Shown one piece after another: positions 38,720 through 39,394 of a stretch of 39,394 nt of DNA; positions within the stretch are counted from its first letter, which is position 1; every line of letters starts with the position of its first letter. The DNA is from a virus: IMG/VR virus record IMGVR_UViG_3300045988_030421, positions 1 to 39,394 of that record; one strand, written 5' to 3'. The position numbers and the translations under genes were made by a program. The notes below the pieces were generated by a model. It did no database searches. It saw only the letters and a program-made list of their open reading frames with translations, and was not told where the DNA came from.

Positions 38720-39058
38720 ATGAACGAACGAGTATTTGACACGGGTGCGGTGCGTGACAGTGCGGCAGGAAAAGGACGGTACGACCTCCTGCCGTGGGGC
38801 GCGATCCATGCATTAGCGCAGCATTGTGAACGAGGTGCAGAGCATTACGGCGAGCGCAATGTCGATAAGGGTATCCCGCAGCACAGCCTCATCGACAGCG
38901 GCATCCGGCATCTGTCCGAGTATGTGCAGGGCGACGGCGAGGATCATCATCTTGTAGCGGCGCTCTGGAATATCGCATGGGCGGTCGAGCAAGAACTCAA
39001 ACGCCCTGAAATGGTGGACTTGCCCGAGCGGAATGAAAAATCGGGCGTAGCGTATTGA
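38720..39058 (+). CDS. DUF5664 / dATP-dGTP diphosphohydrolase N-terminal-domain-like protein
   Basis: ...FDTGAVRDSAAGKGRYDLLPWGAIHALAQHCERGAEHYGERNVDKGIPQHSLIDSGIRHLSEYVQGDGEDHHLVAALWNIAWAVE matches the K-x-R-x-DL-x-P ... G-A-x-K/H-Y-G-x-R-N ... RH ... EDH ... WN pattern of that domain. Confidence 0.55.
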   Translation: MNERVFDTGAVRDSAAGKGRYDLLPWGAIHALAQHCERGAEHYGERNVDKGIPQHSLIDSGIRHLSEYVQGDGEDHHLVAALWNIAWAVEQELKRPEMVDLPERNEKSGVAY

Positions 39059-39074
39059 ATGGAGGTTGACACAA

Positions 39075-39394
39075 ATGCTTAACAAAATCGTCATTATGGG
39101 GCGGCTCACTCGTGATGTAGAATTGAGATATACGCAGAGCGAAAAGCCCGTTGCATCGTTTACGCTTGCTGTCGAACGCGATTATAGCGGCAGCAGAGAC
39201 AAGCAGACGGATTTTATCGACTGTGTGGCGTGGAATAACACGGCTCAGTTCGTCGATAAGTATTTCGGCAAGGGCAGCATGGCTATCGTCTCCGGTCGCT
39301 TGCAGCTCAGAGAATGGACTGACAAGGACGGAAACAAGCGCAGGACGGCGGAAGTTGTTGCCGAGAGTGTTTACTTCGGTGAGAGCAAAAAAGC
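39075..39394 (+). CDS. ssb: Single-stranded DNA-binding protein, N-terminal OB-fold part (continues at 1..232)
   Basis: ATG 39075 follows GGAGG. Product is MLNKIVIMGRLTRDVELRYTQSEKPVASFTLAVERDY...FIDCVAWNNTAQFV... It runs off the window end inside the 141-nt overlap. The full gene is 136 aa. Confidence 0.9.
   Translation, partial: MLNKIVIMGRLTRDVELRYTQSEKPVASFTLAVERDYSGSRDKQTDFIDCVAWNNTAQFVDKYFGKGSMAIVSGRLQLREWTDKDGNKRRTAEVVAESVYFGESKK
39254..39394. repeat. Terminal overlap, copy 2 (identical to 1..141)
   Basis: Same 141 nt as the window start; offset 39,253. Confidence 0.9.

Larger units (their letters stand above)
1..39394. mobile_element. Complete temperate siphovirus-type phage genome (HK97-like head module, long-tail module), assembled as a closed circle; unit length 39,253 bp
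   Basis: Integrase and excisionase-like gene, replication module, HNH/TerS/TerL, portal, ClpP-like protease, HK97-type capsid, tape measure, Dit/Tal, holin and amidase are all present. The last 141 nt equal the first 141 nt. GGAGG-type RBSs and the gene families are typical of Firmicutes phages. Confidence 0.85.

Noticed and set aside
1-39394. tRNA, rRNA, transposase/IS elements and toxin-antitoxin pairs
   Set aside because: I found no cloverleaf-like sequence (no GTTCGAATC-type T-arm with a matching acceptor), no transposase-like ORF and no terminal inverted repeats. The RHH gene has no co-oriented downstream toxin partner, because its 3' neighbour is the convergent rusA.

Overview
The window is one complete temperate siphovirus-type phage genome closed into a circle. 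The last 141 nt (39254-39394) repeat the first 141 nt, giving a unit length of 39,253 bp, and an SSB gene reads seamlessly across the junction. RBS style (GGAGG/GGGGG) and the gene families present point to a Firmicutes (probably Clostridia-like) host, but I cannot name the host. All family calls come from motif recognition by eye; no searches were run.

Layout:
- 244-2748: lysogeny region with a small membrane ORF, probable attP, a tyrosine integrase (-), an HTH regulator, an excisionase-like gene, RusA and a divergent Arc-like RHH gene (-).
- 2820-7624: early operon from a sigmaA-like promoter. It holds an ArdC-N-like gene, unknown genes, a replisome organizer with an internal origin-like iteron/A-tract, a DnaC-like loader, a DUF1492-type sigma-region-4 protein and a sigma-70 family factor, and it ends in a terminator.
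- 7648-31130: late operon. It holds a ParB-like protein, a GT-A-like protein and a radical SAM (SPASM/twitch-like) enzyme, then HNH, a cos-like region, TerS and TerL. An atypical 4-kb fibre/receptor-binding-like block plus an amidase sits between TerL and the portal. After that come portal, ClpP-like protease, HK97-type capsid, connectors, major tail protein, chaperone with a -1 frameshift, tape measure, Dit, Tal, a DUF859-like protein, a holin and a terminator.
- 31193-35522 and 35576-399 (through the junction): two operons driven by near-identical promoter/operator elements. They encode a Lar-like restriction-alleviation ORF, HTH proteins, Gp157, NinB-like and Ref-like recombination functions, Cys-rich paralogs, a DUF5664-like protein and SSB.

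The strongest candidate for something undescribed is the translationally coupled GT-A-like + radical-SAM pair (with the ParB-like gene) in the slot normally used by DNA methyltransferases. Other notable points are the displaced fibre/endolysin block with a truncated duplicate at its edge, the twin promoter-operator-leader elements, a conserved bistable hairpin, two in-frame stop codons, and one probable frameshifted gene.
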